Part shown: one piece after another, positions 1-10,029 of the stretch
How the letters are laid out: every line of letters starts with the position of its first letter
Numbering within the stretch: position 1 is the first letter of the stretch
Virus record (IMG/VR): IMGVR_UViG_3300044644_001125
Coordinates: 62,001-126,000 of that record
Length of the DNA: 64,000 nucleotides
Reading direction: 5' to 3' (one strand)
Translations under genes and position numbers: made by a program
Notes under the pieces: generated by a model
What the model was told of the DNA's origin: nothing
The model's database searches: none
What the model saw: the letters and a program-made list of their open reading frames with translations, nothing else

Positions 1-939
1 AAAGATTTGGTACTACAAACCGAAGAAGATTACAAAAACGTAGGACTTGATGTTGGTGTTTATTACGGTGATAGAAAAGAACTTGGCAAAACCCACACCA
101 TTTGTACATGGCAAAGTTTAGAAGCACTCGATAAGAAAGACCCAGACCAAGCGATTTTATCACTTGCTGAGTTTATTGACGGTGTAACTGCTGTTATCGT
201 GGACGAGTGTCACGCGGCCTCCGCTTCAATTCTAACCAAACTTCTTACCCAGAATTTCAAGCACTGTCCTATTAGATGGGGATTAACTGGTACCGTACCA
301 AAAGAACCGCATGAATTCCAAGGGATTCTTGCGAGTCTTGGTTCCGTTATTAATACTGTTACAGCTAAAGATTTACAGGATCTAGGTATTCTTGCTGACT
401 TGCATATCAATATTCTACAAACCAATGATGTGCAATCATTTAAAAACTACCAAGCGGAGTATGATTTTTTGGTAACTGATACACGTAGACTTACTTGGAT
501 GGCAAGTAAAATCGTTGAAATGACGGCTACTGGTAACACATTAGTGCTTGTTAACAGAATTGAAACTGGTAAGGTGTTAACTGATTTGATCCCCAACAGC
601 ACATTCATTAATGGTAGTGTTAAGTCTAAAAACCGTAAAACTGAATACGATGAAATCAAAACCAGTGATGATAAAGTTATTATCGCAACGTTTGGCGTAG
701 CCAGTACCGGTATTAACTTACCACGTATCTTTAACCTAGTATTAGTCGAGCCTGGTAAGAGTTTCACCCGAGTTATTCAGTCAATTGGTCGTGGTATTCG
801 TAAAGCCGATGACAAAGATTATGTTGATGTGTATGATATCACCAGTGCTTGTAAGTATGCTAAAAAACATTTGACTGAACGTAAACGGTATTACAAAGAG
901 GCTCAATATCCATTCACTGTTACTAAAGTAAATCTGTAA
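1..939 (+). CDS. uvsW: UvsW-like SF2 helicase (5'-truncated by window)
   Basis: DECH Walker B, LTGT motif III, GINLP, QSIGRGIR motif VI, C-terminal HLTERKRYY as in T4 UvsW. Confidence 0.9.
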   Translation, partial: KDLVLQTEEDYKNVGLDVGVYYGDRKELGKTHTICTWQSLEALDKKDPDQAILSLAEFIDGVTAVIVDECHAASASILTKLLTQNFKHCPIRWGLTGTVPKEPHEFQGILASLGSVINTVTAKDLQDLGILADLHINILQTNDVQSFKNYQAEYDFLVTDTRRLTWMASKIVEMTATGNTLVLVNRIETGKVLTDLIPNSTFINGSVKSKNRKTEYDEIKTSDDKVIIATFGVASTGINLPRIFNLVLVEPGKSFTRVIQSIGRGIRKADDKDYVDVYDITSACKYAKKHLTERKRYYKEAQYPFTVTKVNL

Positions 940-970
940 TTGACAAATCACTACTGAAGATGTACAATTG
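940..970 (+). promoter_or_regulatory. Sigma70-type promoter
   Basis: TTGACA-17 nt-TACAAT upstream of ORF 1001. Confidence 0.7.
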
Positions 971-1000
971 GATATTAAACATTATTAATCAAGGACCCAC

Positions 1001-1507
1001 ATGCGAATTTTAACATTGAACAATAAGTCTTATAACTTGAATGATTTACCTGACGTGATTGAAGAAGATATCCGTTATAGTGTATTAGATAATTCAAACT
1101 CAGAAAACCCAGACTTCTTTTTCCATCCATTGATTTTCATGGAATCATTTAATAGTCCAGCTATTCAACTTAAAATCGATAGCTACACTATCCAAATGCC
1201 ACTTGATTGGCATATCCTAGTGGGTGATCAAGAGTGTGGATTAGATCCAGAAGCAATCCCATTGACTAGCTTGAATCAACGTAAGTTTGAAGCATTTACT
1301 TTCAACCCAATGACTGGCTTTGGTGCTGAATTCTCTGAGATTAAAATTGCAAATATCTTCCAAGATGTCAAATGGTTCTTTCCTAAGTTGAGAAATGGAC
1401 ATTACTTATCAGTCCCATTAGGTGATGACGAGAATCCAAGATGCGTCTTTTTCATTAAAGACGTAACTAAACAATGCGAATCTTTGAAAATCGACCAGAT
1501 CATGTGA
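1001..1507 (+). CDS. Hypothetical protein
   Basis: 168-aa ORF, AAGGA SD, sigma70-like promoter upstream. Confidence 0.75.
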   Translation: MRILTLNNKSYNLNDLPDVIEEDIRYSVLDNSNSENPDFFFHPLIFMESFNSPAIQLKIDSYTIQMPLDWHILVGDQECGLDPEAIPLTSLNQRKFEAFTFNPMTGFGAEFSEIKIANIFQDVKWFFPKLRNGHYLSVPLGDDENPRCVFFIKDVTKQCESLKIDQIM

Positions 1508-1513
1508 CGTTGT

Positions 1514-1741
1514 ATGGCATATCGATATAATACATTCACGCAATTCTTCGAATTGATGGCGTGGGAGTTAAAGTTATCTTGGCTTCCACGTCGATGTGCC
1601 AAAAGTGACGATCATATATGGTTAGAATTGGCATATCGAGGTCGAAGAAAAGTAAAGGTATTCAACGAAGATATAACAATCGAACATTGGATTTCACGTA
1701 AACATTTTGATATAGGAACTAATAATGATAATCGCAGGTAA
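1514..1741 (+). CDS. Hypothetical protein
   Basis: Tightly packed ORF in operon. Confidence 0.6.
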   Translation: MAYRYNTFTQFFELMAWELKLSWLPRRCAKSDDHIWLELAYRGRRKVKVFNEDITIEHWISRKHFDIGTNNDNRR

Positions 1742-2078
1742 AGTATGGGGTCAAACCGAGCTACTAGAAGCAAATGGAGTACTTGAATTCCATCGTATAC
1801 AAGCTATTGCTGGTGGTACTTGTTCTAAACACAAGCACAAATACAAATGGAATGGGTTCTTTGTTGAATCTGGTAAGATGATAATCCGTGTTTGGAAGAA
1901 CAACTACGACTTAGTAGATACCACTGTATTAACCGCAGGTCAGTATACTAAAGTCGCACCAGGCGAATATCATCAGTTCGAAGCGGTTGAAGATACAGTT
2001 GCTTTTGAGTTATACTGGGCAGAGTTCGATCATACCGATATCGAACGCGAATCTGTAGGATATGTACATGGCAACTAA
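1725..2078 (+). CDS. Cupin-domain protein
   Basis: Cupin motifs CSKHKH...NGFFVESG and GQYTKVAPGEYHQF. Confidence 0.8.
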   Translation: MIIAGKVWGQTELLEANGVLEFHRIQAIAGGTCSKHKHKYKWNGFFVESGKMIIRVWKNNYDLVDTTVLTAGQYTKVAPGEYHQFEAVEDTVAFELYWAEFDHTDIERESVGYVHGN

Positions 2079-2544
2079 AGCAAAGAAAGTTGATATTAAA
2101 GAAGTGCTAGCAGCCACCGATCTTAACGCAAAAGAAGCATGGGAAGAGTTTACAGAAGAAGAACAAAAGTCAGTTTCTCTTTTTGTGATGAATCGCTTCT
2201 TAAGTAGTGTTGTTAGTAAAGATAGGGAAGTTGTGGAGCATTATCTTTTAGCAACAAATGAGATTTACAATAAGAATCTTTATGCTATAATGGGTAAACA
2301 TCCTAAACTGACTTGGCAATTGGCATGTGCTTGTTCATATGACAATGAAACAATCCAGAATCATAAATGGATTAAAGTCGAGAAAACATCGTCTAAGAAG
2401 GAAAAGTTCCTTGCGGAACTTTTCCCAAACATGAAGATGGATGATATCACCGCGTTAGCGAACATTACAACTGATAAAGAGGTTAGAGAATACTGTGAAT
2501 GTCTTGGATGGGATAGAAAAAAAGCAAGTGCCCTTAAATTTTAA
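2062..2544 (+). CDS. Clamp-loader small subunit (gp62-like)
   Basis: FVMNRFLS, HPKL, KWIK and LAELFPNMK pattern typical of gp62-like proteins; replication context. Confidence 0.6.
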   Translation: MYMATKAKKVDIKEVLAATDLNAKEAWEEFTEEEQKSVSLFVMNRFLSSVVSKDREVVEHYLLATNEIYNKNLYAIMGKHPKLTWQLACACSYDNETIQNHKWIKVEKTSSKKEKFLAELFPNMKMDDITALANITTDKEVREYCECLGWDRKKASALKF

Positions 2545-3211
2545 TTGCGAGTTCTGTGGTAAAGGATTCGTTAGGGCATCTACATTTCAAGTTCATGTGT
2601 GTGAGAAGAAACGCAGACACTTCGCACGTGATGACAAGAATGTAAAGATTGCATACAGTGCATATGTACGTTTTTATGAACTAACAATGCCAAATTCAGC
2701 AAAACCAACCTACGAAGATTTTGCTAACGGTCCTTACTATACAGCATTTGTTAAGTTTGGTAGTTTCATGATTAACTCATCACCTATCTACCCAGAACGA
2801 TTCATTGACTACGTTATCAAGAGTGGTACTAGGTTAGATAAGTGGTGTAGAGATGACTTATATGAAAAGTATGTTTCCGAGTTGATTAAGATTGAACCAG
2901 CCGATAGTGCACTAGAACGTACTATTAAAACAATGATGGCTTGGGGTGATCTTAACAAAACGCCATGGGAACATTACTTCAAGTATGTTAATAACAACCG
3001 AGCAACCCATGATGTTTTAGAAGGGTTTATTTCACCATGGGTTATTCTTAATTGCAACGCTGGTAAAGAAATGGTTGGCAGGTTAACAGATGAACAACTG
3101 GATATCATTAGTGTCGTTATTGATCCTAATTTCTGGTTGAGAAGATTCAAAGAGTTGCCTGCCGATGTTGTCTTTATCAAAGAAGTTATCAAAGAGGCAA
3201 AATTGAGATGA
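2495..3211 (+). CDS. Zinc-finger protein (likely GTG start near 2528)
   Basis: CEFCGK...HVC zinc-finger at N-terminus. Confidence 0.65.
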   Translation: MNVLDGIEKKQVPLNFNCEFCGKGFVRASTFQVHVCEKKRRHFARDDKNVKIAYSAYVRFYELTMPNSAKPTYEDFANGPYYTAFVKFGSFMINSSPIYPERFIDYVIKSGTRLDKWCRDDLYEKYVSELIKIEPADSALERTIKTMMAWGDLNKTPWEHYFKYVNNNRATHDVLEGFISPWVILNCNAGKEMVGRLTDEQLDIISVVIDPNFWLRRFKELPADVVFIKEVIKEAKLR

Positions 3212-3774
3212 TGGACATTGATATCGATTTTCAAGACCGTGAAAAAGCACTTGCTCTTTTTAAACACATAAGAGCAAGTAGACTTGATAACGGTAAGCTC
3301 GTTAAACATAATTCAGGGGTGTATCTACACGAAGTACCGGTAGACGCACCTACCAATCTGTGTAGTGTTCAATACAAAGAAGCAACCGATTACTTTAAAA
3401 TCGACTTCTTGAATGTTGGGATTTACAATGGGATTAATTCGGAACAAGAACTCATCGAGTTAATGAATACAGAACCCATGTGGGAATTACTTGAAGACGA
3501 TATCTTTATCAGTAATCTTTATCACGTAGCAGATCATGGTGATTTACTACGAGCCATGAAACCAACCTCAATAGAACAGCTAGCTGCTGTTCTTGCATTG
3601 ATTAGACCAGCTAAAAGATACTTGGTTGGTAAAGATTGGAATGCTATTATGCAAGAGGTTTGGAAAGATACTGGTACTGAAACTGGTTACGCTTTTAAAC
3701 ATTCACATGGTATAGCGTATGCAACGGCTATTGTTGTGCAAATGAACTTTATATGTAACCAGCTACTTAGGTAG
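3208..3774 (+). CDS. Minimal DnaE (Pol III alpha)-like catalytic fragment
   Basis: DIDIDF, KHNSGV, KIDFL, ALIRP, YAFKHSHGIAYA motifs of the DnaE palm/fingers. Confidence 0.8.
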   Translation: MMDIDIDFQDREKALALFKHIRASRLDNGKLVKHNSGVYLHEVPVDAPTNLCSVQYKEATDYFKIDFLNVGIYNGINSEQELIELMNTEPMWELLEDDIFISNLYHVADHGDLLRAMKPTSIEQLAAVLALIRPAKRYLVGKDWNAIMQEVWKDTGTETGYAFKHSHGIAYATAIVVQMNFICNQLLR

Positions 3775-4137
3775 TTTTCTTATTAAGGTTATAGACTTTC
3801 TTTTTACTCGCTTCGTGATGATATCAGATAATTTAGTTACTGGACCAAATTCCACGACAACATCCTTAGTAGTAAAGTTCTTGATGGCATAATGAAATTC
3901 TTCAATTTCCGAGCCCAAGAATATACTAATGGGGATTTGTCTATTCGACTCCCACCACCATACCTCACCAAGCTCAATGAACTTCGCCTTTTCTGCATCA
4001 GTACGTATCGACCCGTAGTCATACATACTGGTGATCATGTTATCTTGGTTAATAATAATTCCAACGTACTCGTTCTTAACGTGCGTGATCACGGTTAAGA
4101 ATGGGAAGTTCTCTTGGATGTTGTCGGTTAAAATCAT
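3763..4137 (-). CDS. Hypothetical protein
   Basis: 124-aa ORF with WWWESNRQIPI motif. Confidence 0.7.
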   Translation of the reverse strand: MILTDNIQENFPFLTVITHVKNEYVGIIINQDNMITSMYDYGSIRTDAEKAKFIELGEVWWWESNRQIPISIFLGSEIEEFHYAIKNFTTKDVVVEFGPVTKLSDIITKRVKRKSITLIRKLPK

Positions 4138-4161
4138 AAATACTCAAAGGGTCCTTAAATT

Positions 4162-4968
4162 ATGCAATCTAATTCATTATATTTACTAGCAAACAAAATT
4201 GACGTATTCACAGATTCGTCAAGCACTTGGTCAACAGAGAGGTATCGCAGAGTGTATAACCGAAATCTAAAAATATATCAAAGTGTAGACAACAAGATTG
4301 ATCTACAAGTTCGCAACGCTGATCAGAAAGCTACCGATATATCCCAATCGGTGCTTGTATTTAACTTAATTTCAAGAACGGGTAAAGTCGTTCTTCAACG
4401 TGATTGCGACACGATAAATGCTGCTAAAGGCAGAGTGACGGTTACCATTAACCGTGAAGATATGCTTAACTTGGAAAATGGGTATTACAATTACACCGTA
4501 TTCCAGGAATTCCGCGAAACTATCGACAGTACAGAATACGTAGTTACGACCAAGAAACCCATGTTTATGGATGCCCAATACGGTATTAACGGCACTATTG
4601 AAATCGCAGGCGATGCGCTTGGCGAAGTAAAACCAGCACTGGTTGTTGATAAGTTCAACTATAATAATCCAATTACTACTGGCTCATTAGATCCAAAATT
4701 CTTCGTTAGTAGTATCATCGATGCACAACCAAGTGAATCAACACCACAAAGCCTACATACATTCCAGTTCTACTTCACTGATTACACTGGAACCGTAACC
4801 ATACAGGGCAGTATCGAGCAACAAGGCGGTACACCTTGTAAATGGGTTGATATCACCGACATAGACCCAACCTTAGATGTCTACAAAAACATCGTAGGTA
4901 AATGGTCTTGGTTTAGAATTAAACATATCCCATTAACAGGAACTCTTGACAAGGTGCTGTACGTGTAG
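4162..4968 (+). CDS. Probable virion structural protein (late)
   Basis: Beta-rich 268 aa, ATAAATA late-promoter motif just upstream. Confidence 0.5.
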   Translation: MQSNSLYLLANKIDVFTDSSSTWSTERYRRVYNRNLKIYQSVDNKIDLQVRNADQKATDISQSVLVFNLISRTGKVVLQRDCDTINAAKGRVTVTINREDMLNLENGYYNYTVFQEFRETIDSTEYVVTTKKPMFMDAQYGINGTIEIAGDALGEVKPALVVDKFNYNNPITTGSLDPKFFVSSIIDAQPSESTPQSLHTFQFYFTDYTGTVTIQGSIEQQGGTPCKWVDITDIDPTLDVYKNIVGKWSWFRIKHIPLTGTLDKVLYV

Positions 4969-4980
4969 TATCATCTAACC

Positions 4981-5994
4981 ATGAACTACGTAATAGATAC
5001 CTTTAGAGAACTACTTCCACCACTTAAATCCAGTGCTAGTAAATGGCAGAGTTTCAACTGCCCTTGCTGCCAGCATCTTGGTCACAACCGAGATACTCGT
5101 AAACGCGCTGGAGTTATGCTAGGTCCAGGAATTGTGTTCAATTGCTTTAATTGCAAATTCACTGCAGGGTGGCAACCCGGCCGTCCTATATCCGATAACA
5201 TGAAACGCCTGTGCGCTTGGCTAGGAGCAAGTGACGCCGAAATCAAACGAATTGTATTCGAATCTCTTAAGGCAGAATCATCCGACTATGAACCAGATGA
5301 GAACAGCTTAGTTACCTTTACTGAAAAAGACTTACCAGAAGGTTCACTTCCTTTAGCTGAATGGATCTTGGTACAAGATTTAGATGACAGCATAGCCAAT
5401 CATCTTTTAGGTGTAGTGGAATACGTGCTATCTCGTGGACTAGATCCAATGAGCGATACGTTCTACTGGAGTCCAAATCCTGCATTTTCTGATAGACTTA
5501 TCTTACCATTCTGGTATAATACCAAAATTGTTGGGTATACAGCACGACGTATTACCAACAATAGACCTAAGTATCTATCTGAACAACACCCTCATTTTGT
5601 GTTCAATTTGGATGCACAAGATCCAATGAATCGGTATGTGTTGGTAACAGAAGGACCATTTGATGCACTTAGTATCAATGGCGTTGCGTTGTTAACAAAT
5701 AACATTGCAGATCAACAAGCACGTATGATTAATCGATTAGGTAAAGAAGTCATCGTGATACCAGACCAAGACATGGCTGGCTTGGCAGTTATTAAACGAG
5801 CCATTGAGTATGGGTGGTCTGTTGCATTTCCTACTTGGGAGCCTGATATAAAGGATTGTGCAGATGCAGTATTGCGTTATGGTAAGTTGTTTGTTATAGT
5901 TGACGTTATTAAATCTGCTGAAAGACACGAAGCAACAATTCGAATTAAAATGAAACATTTAGAACAACAAATACGGAGTTTGCATGGCAATTAA
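4981..5994 (+). CDS. DNA primase (gp61-like)
   Basis: CPCC...CFNC zinc-binding domain; TEGPFDAL and DQD TOPRIM motifs. Confidence 0.9.
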   Translation: MNYVIDTFRELLPPLKSSASKWQSFNCPCCQHLGHNRDTRKRAGVMLGPGIVFNCFNCKFTAGWQPGRPISDNMKRLCAWLGASDAEIKRIVFESLKAESSDYEPDENSLVTFTEKDLPEGSLPLAEWILVQDLDDSIANHLLGVVEYVLSRGLDPMSDTFYWSPNPAFSDRLILPFWYNTKIVGYTARRITNNRPKYLSEQHPHFVFNLDAQDPMNRYVLVTEGPFDALSINGVALLTNNIADQQARMINRLGKEVIVIPDQDMAGLAVIKRAIEYGWSVAFPTWEPDIKDCADAVLRYGKLFVIVDVIKSAERHEATIRIKMKHLEQQIRSLHGN

Positions 5995-7822
5995 GAACTA
6001 TGATTATGATGTACAGAAAATGTACCTAGAACTAATGTTATCTGATGCAGAAACATTTGTACGTTGCCAAAGCATTTTTGACCATTCATTATTTGATAAA
6101 AAACTACAACCTGCTGCTGAATTCATCCTAGAATATGTAAAAGGTTATACCGTGTTACCCGATTACAATATGGTTAATACTTCATGCCGTGCTAATTTAA
6201 AACCACCAAGTGAACTAAAAGAAGGTCATACCGCATGGTTAATTGATGAGTTTGAACAATTCATACGACATAAGTCATTGGAACGTGCGATCATTGCTTC
6301 AGCTGATCTTTTAGACCAACATGATTATGGTTCAGTAGAAGCACTTATCAAAGAAGCAGTACAGATTGGTTTAGCACGTGATATGGGCATTGATTATTAT
6401 GAAGACCCGAGAACACGTTTGATGGGACTAAAAGATAAGAATGGCCAGGTGTCTACCGGTTGGGATTCATTAGATAAGATGTTATACGGTGGATTCAACC
6501 GAGGTGAACTAGAAATCTTCGCAGGTGGTTCTGGTTGTGTCATATATAGTACACCGGTTGAAGTTAGGGAAGTAGTAGACAGTATTTTTGGATTACCGAA
6601 GCATGTCCCAATTGGCTCATTATTAAACAACACTGGTAAATTCGTAGTAAACAGCCCAGATGGTTGGGTTCCAGTACTTGATTGTGTGGAAAAACTAAAA
6701 GATGAGTTATACACGTTTGTATTTGAATCTGGTGTAACCATTACTGCTAGTCATGACCACTTGTATCAGAAACCAGACTTATCATGGCACTATGCTAAAG
6801 ATTTGCAAATAGGTGATGTTCTTTTAGCAGAACGCGGTTCTGATAAGATTGTTTCATTATCTTTTAGTAAGGAACCAACTAAAGTATATGACTTATCAGT
6901 AGATCACGACAATCACAGATATTACACGGATACTATCTGCAGTCATAACACTGGTAAAAGTTTATTCTTAGCAAACCTAAGTGTTAACTTCTCATTTGCT
7001 GGGTTAAATGTTGTATATATCACATTAGAGTTAAGTGAACCATTAGTTGGTATGCGTATCGATTCTATGGTTACTGGTATTGGTACCCGTGATGTATTCA
7101 AACAACTAGATGAAGTTGAAATGAAAGTTAAGATGATTGGTAAAAAGTCAGGATCATTACAAATCAAATATCTCCCAAGCGGGAAAACGGTCAATGATAT
7201 TCGCAGTTATCTAAAAGAGTATGAAGTTAAAACTGGACTACGTGCAGACATTATCGTAATCGATTATATGGATTTGTTAATGCCAATTGGTAAGAAGATT
7301 TCAGCAGAAAACTTGTACATTAAGGATAAGTATGTTGCAGAAGAACTACGTAACTTGGCAGTAGAGAAGAATGCTGTTGGAATTAGCGCCGCACAATTAA
7401 ATCGAGGAAGTGTGGAGGAGGTAGAATTCGACCACAGTCATATCTCTGGTGGTATCAGTAAGATTCAAACAGCGGATAACGTGTTTGGTATCTTTACCTC
7501 GAGAGCCATGAGAGAACGCGGTAGGTATCAACTACAATTCATGAAAACTCGTAGTTCTAGTGGTGTTGGTCAAAAGATAGACTTAGATTTTAATATCGAT
7601 AGTTTACGCATAACTGACGTACCTGAAGTTGAACAAGAAGCCAGTGGCGTAAGAGTAATAAACTCAACTGATTCGTTGATTGACAACATCAAACGTAAAA
7701 CAAGTTTGGAAAATGCGAATGCTATTCCAGTAACCGTAATCAGCAGCAAAGGAACTGAAGTTGGGTCAACTAAACTACGTTCTATTATTAACAACCTAGG
7801 GACAGAAGAAGATGAATATTGA
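5984..7822 (+). CDS. Replicative DNA helicase (gp41/DnaB-like) containing an intein
   Basis: Walker A GGSG/TGKS split by insertion; ITLELSE, IDYMDL, AAQLNR, KTRS motifs. Confidence 0.92.
   Translation: MAIKNYDYDVQKMYLELMLSDAETFVRCQSIFDHSLFDKKLQPAAEFILEYVKGYTVLPDYNMVNTSCRANLKPPSELKEGHTAWLIDEFEQFIRHKSLERAIIASADLLDQHDYGSVEALIKEAVQIGLARDMGIDYYEDPRTRLMGLKDKNGQVSTGWDSLDKMLYGGFNRGELEIFAGGSGCVIYSTPVEVREVVDSIFGLPKHVPIGSLLNNTGKFVVNSPDGWVPVLDCVEKLKDELYTFVFESGVTITASHDHLYQKPDLSWHYAKDLQIGDVLLAERGSDKIVSLSFSKEPTKVYDLSVDHDNHRYYTDTICSHNTGKSLFLANLSVNFSFAGLNVVYITLELSEPLVGMRIDSMVTGIGTRDVFKQLDEVEMKVKMIGKKSGSLQIKYLPSGKTVNDIRSYLKEYEVKTGLRADIIVIDYMDLLMPIGKKISAENLYIKDKYVAEELRNLAVEKNAVGISAAQLNRGSVEEVEFDHSHISGGISKIQTADNVFGIFTSRAMRERGRYQLQFMKTRSSSGVGQKIDLDFNIDSLRITDVPEVEQEASGVRVINSTDSLIDNIKRKTSLENANAIPVTVISSKGTEVGSTKLRSIINNLGTEEDEY
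6536..6949 (+). mobile_element. Mini-intein (138 aa) in helicase P-loop
   Basis: Starts with Cys (CVIYST), TASHDH block B, VYDLSV block F, ends SHN followed by Thr; no endonuclease domain. Confidence 0.9.
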
Positions 7823-8048
7823 GTTTAAGAAAACCTTGTTTAAGTGGACAGAAGAACCAAAAGATAATATCGATATCGATTGGCCTAATGTACACAAAGC
7901 AGTTGGTAGTGACCAAATCAAGTGGTTAGAAGAGCAACCACTATCAACTTGCCAAATGGTACTAGAGATGGTTGGTAATGAGGTTAAGTTAGTTGCTGAG
8001 TTTTATAACAAAACCACAGCAAATACCTATATGTTATTGTGGGCATAA
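7812..8048 (+). CDS. Hypothetical protein
   Basis: ORF overlapping helicase stop. Confidence 0.6.
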   Translation: MNIEFKKTLFKWTEEPKDNIDIDWPNVHKAVGSDQIKWLEEQPLSTCQMVLEMVGNEVKLVAEFYNKTTANTYMLLWA

Positions 8049-8066
8049 TCTCGGCTAAATAGTTTC

Positions 8067-8978
8067 ATGTGTATAGTCATAGCCAAACATTTTGAAACTC
8101 ACGGCTGGGTTGCTTTTAAGAACCGAGATCGTAATTACATCCCCGAAATTTCTTTTAAAAAGAAACTGGTTAAGGGAGTAGAAATCCTTTACTTCTGGGA
8201 TAATGTCACCGCTTACTGCGAAGGTATGAACTCTCACGGTATTGGTGTATTGAGTGCTAGTCTTATGGTATTAGATGACGAAAAGGAAATTGAAATCCGT
8301 ACTAGAACACCATCTAAAGACGGTGCTAAAATTAAGAAAGCACTTGAGTTAACAAATGTACACGACGTAGCAAAGGAACTTATCGAGTTGAAACTCACTG
8401 GTTCTACTATCATTTTCAACCAAGAGACCTGTTATCTTTTAGAGGGTGCTTGGGAGAAAGGTGGTTATAAAGCAGAGAAGTTCAGGTACGTCATTAAAGA
8501 GATTCCAAAAGACCAAACCGTGGTTAGAACTAATCACGGCGTCTGGTTACCAGATGCTGGTTATCAGCGAGGTGTTAATGAATCACAAACTAAAAGCAGA
8601 ATCTCAAGTGAATGCCGTAAACTTATTGCAGAGATCGTAACATTAACAGCTAAAACTCCAATAGAAATCTTAAATGGGTTAACTAAAGACTTTACCCATG
8701 ATGGTCAAATGAACGCATTGAGAACGTCAACTGAAGACAAAAAGATGCGTACCACTAGTCAGATTATGATTATCCCCAAAGAACAAACCATGTTTGTACG
8801 TCCAGTGCAAAGTAATATGGAGTTTAACTTCTGGGAATTGAACAGACCTGACCAACGCACTTGGGTAGAATTGTTGAGTAATCGTGTACTATACGATAAC
8901 CTAAAAGATAATGATCCAAATAACGACCCACCATTTGATTATGATTTAAAACATACATTATTAGGAAACGCAGAATGA
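8067..8978 (+). CDS. Ntn-hydrolase (N-terminal Cys) family protein
   Basis: MC start, KNRDR, EGMNSHGI, RTNHG motifs; CTAAATA upstream. Confidence 0.7.
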   Translation: MCIVIAKHFETHGWVAFKNRDRNYIPEISFKKKLVKGVEILYFWDNVTAYCEGMNSHGIGVLSASLMVLDDEKEIEIRTRTPSKDGAKIKKALELTNVHDVAKELIELKLTGSTIIFNQETCYLLEGAWEKGGYKAEKFRYVIKEIPKDQTVVRTNHGVWLPDAGYQRGVNESQTKSRISSECRKLIAEIVTLTAKTPIEILNGLTKDFTHDGQMNALRTSTEDKKMRTTSQIMIIPKEQTMFVRPVQSNMEFNFWELNRPDQRTWVELLSNRVLYDNLKDNDPNNDPPFDYDLKHTLLGNAE

Positions 8979-9340
8979 GAATCCATGAAATCCTAAGTGA
9001 AGCAAGCACACCACTGAGTAAAAATGCAAAAGCTAGTCTCAAAGGTGCTGTAACGACTCCAGCAGCGAATAACAATGGTGGTGATGCGTACAAGCATTAT
9101 CGCATGGGATTGGCATTAGCAGGAGCTCCTGAGTATCCCACAAAGGCTACAAATGATATCGCTGGTGATCCATTAATCAGTACGTATACTGATGAAGAAT
9201 TGGAGATGGTTAACTTTGCAGCTAAACAATCAAATGCAGGTAAAATAAAACGCATTACGAAAAATCGTAGTGAAGAAAGACCAGATACGGACAAGTTCAG
9301 TCCAGTGGCAAAAACAAAGAAGAATAAGTACGGTGTTTAA
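8975..9340 (+). CDS. Putative head internal protein
   Basis: MRIHEILSE N-terminus; late operon. Confidence 0.55.
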   Translation: MRIHEILSEASTPLSKNAKASLKGAVTTPAANNNGGDAYKHYRMGLALAGAPEYPTKATNDIAGDPLISTYTDEELEMVNFAAKQSNAGKIKRITKNRSEERPDTDKFSPVAKTKKNKYGV

Positions 9341-9342
9341 AG

Positions 9343-10029
9343 ATGAAAGATCCATTAATAGTAACAGTAAACAAAAACTTAAACCCAAAACTATGGGACC
9401 AAGACGGTAACTTACATCCAGTTATCAAAGATAAGTTAATCGATATTGCCGATGCTTTCTATGAGTTCATTGGTGTAAAATTGAACATCATCGATTTAAC
9501 TATCACTGGCTCTAATGCCAACTTCACCTGGAATGCCCATTCTGATATCGACTTACATCTTATCATCAGTGGCGTTGCGAGTGAACAAGATAGAGAACTC
9601 TTTAATGCCAAGAAAGCTGTTTGGGGTGATCAACATAATATTACAATCAAAGGCATCCCTGTCGAAGTTTATGTTCAAGGTAATGCAGAAGTTCATTACT
9701 CAACCGGTGTGTATTCTATATTAGAAGATGAATGGGTAGTTGAACCAATGAAACAAAAACCTGCAATTGATGATGCGGCAGTTCATGCCAAAAAAGATAA
9801 CATCGTAGAACGAATCGAAGAAGCTCTTATGGAAAACGACTTAGAAAAACTAAAGTCTATCAAAGAGAAAGTTGTACAGATGCGTAAGGCTGGATTAGAA
9901 AGAGCAGGCGAATGGTCAACTGAAAACTTAGTTTTCAAGATACTAAGAAATACAGGTATGATCGAAGAACTTACCACAAAGATTCACGAGTTAGTAGATA
10001 AAGAACTTAGTTTGGAGAATTTACAATGA
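9343..10029 (+). CDS. Pol-beta-family nucleotidyltransferase
   Basis: TGS-x10-DIDLH motif and downstream VEVYV. Confidence 0.8.
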   Translation: MKDPLIVTVNKNLNPKLWDQDGNLHPVIKDKLIDIADAFYEFIGVKLNIIDLTITGSNANFTWNAHSDIDLHLIISGVASEQDRELFNAKKAVWGDQHNITIKGIPVEVYVQGNAEVHYSTGVYSILEDEWVVEPMKQKPAIDDAAVHAKKDNIVERIEEALMENDLEKLKSIKEKVVQMRKAGLERAGEWSTENLVFKILRNTGMIEELTTKIHELVDKELSLENLQ

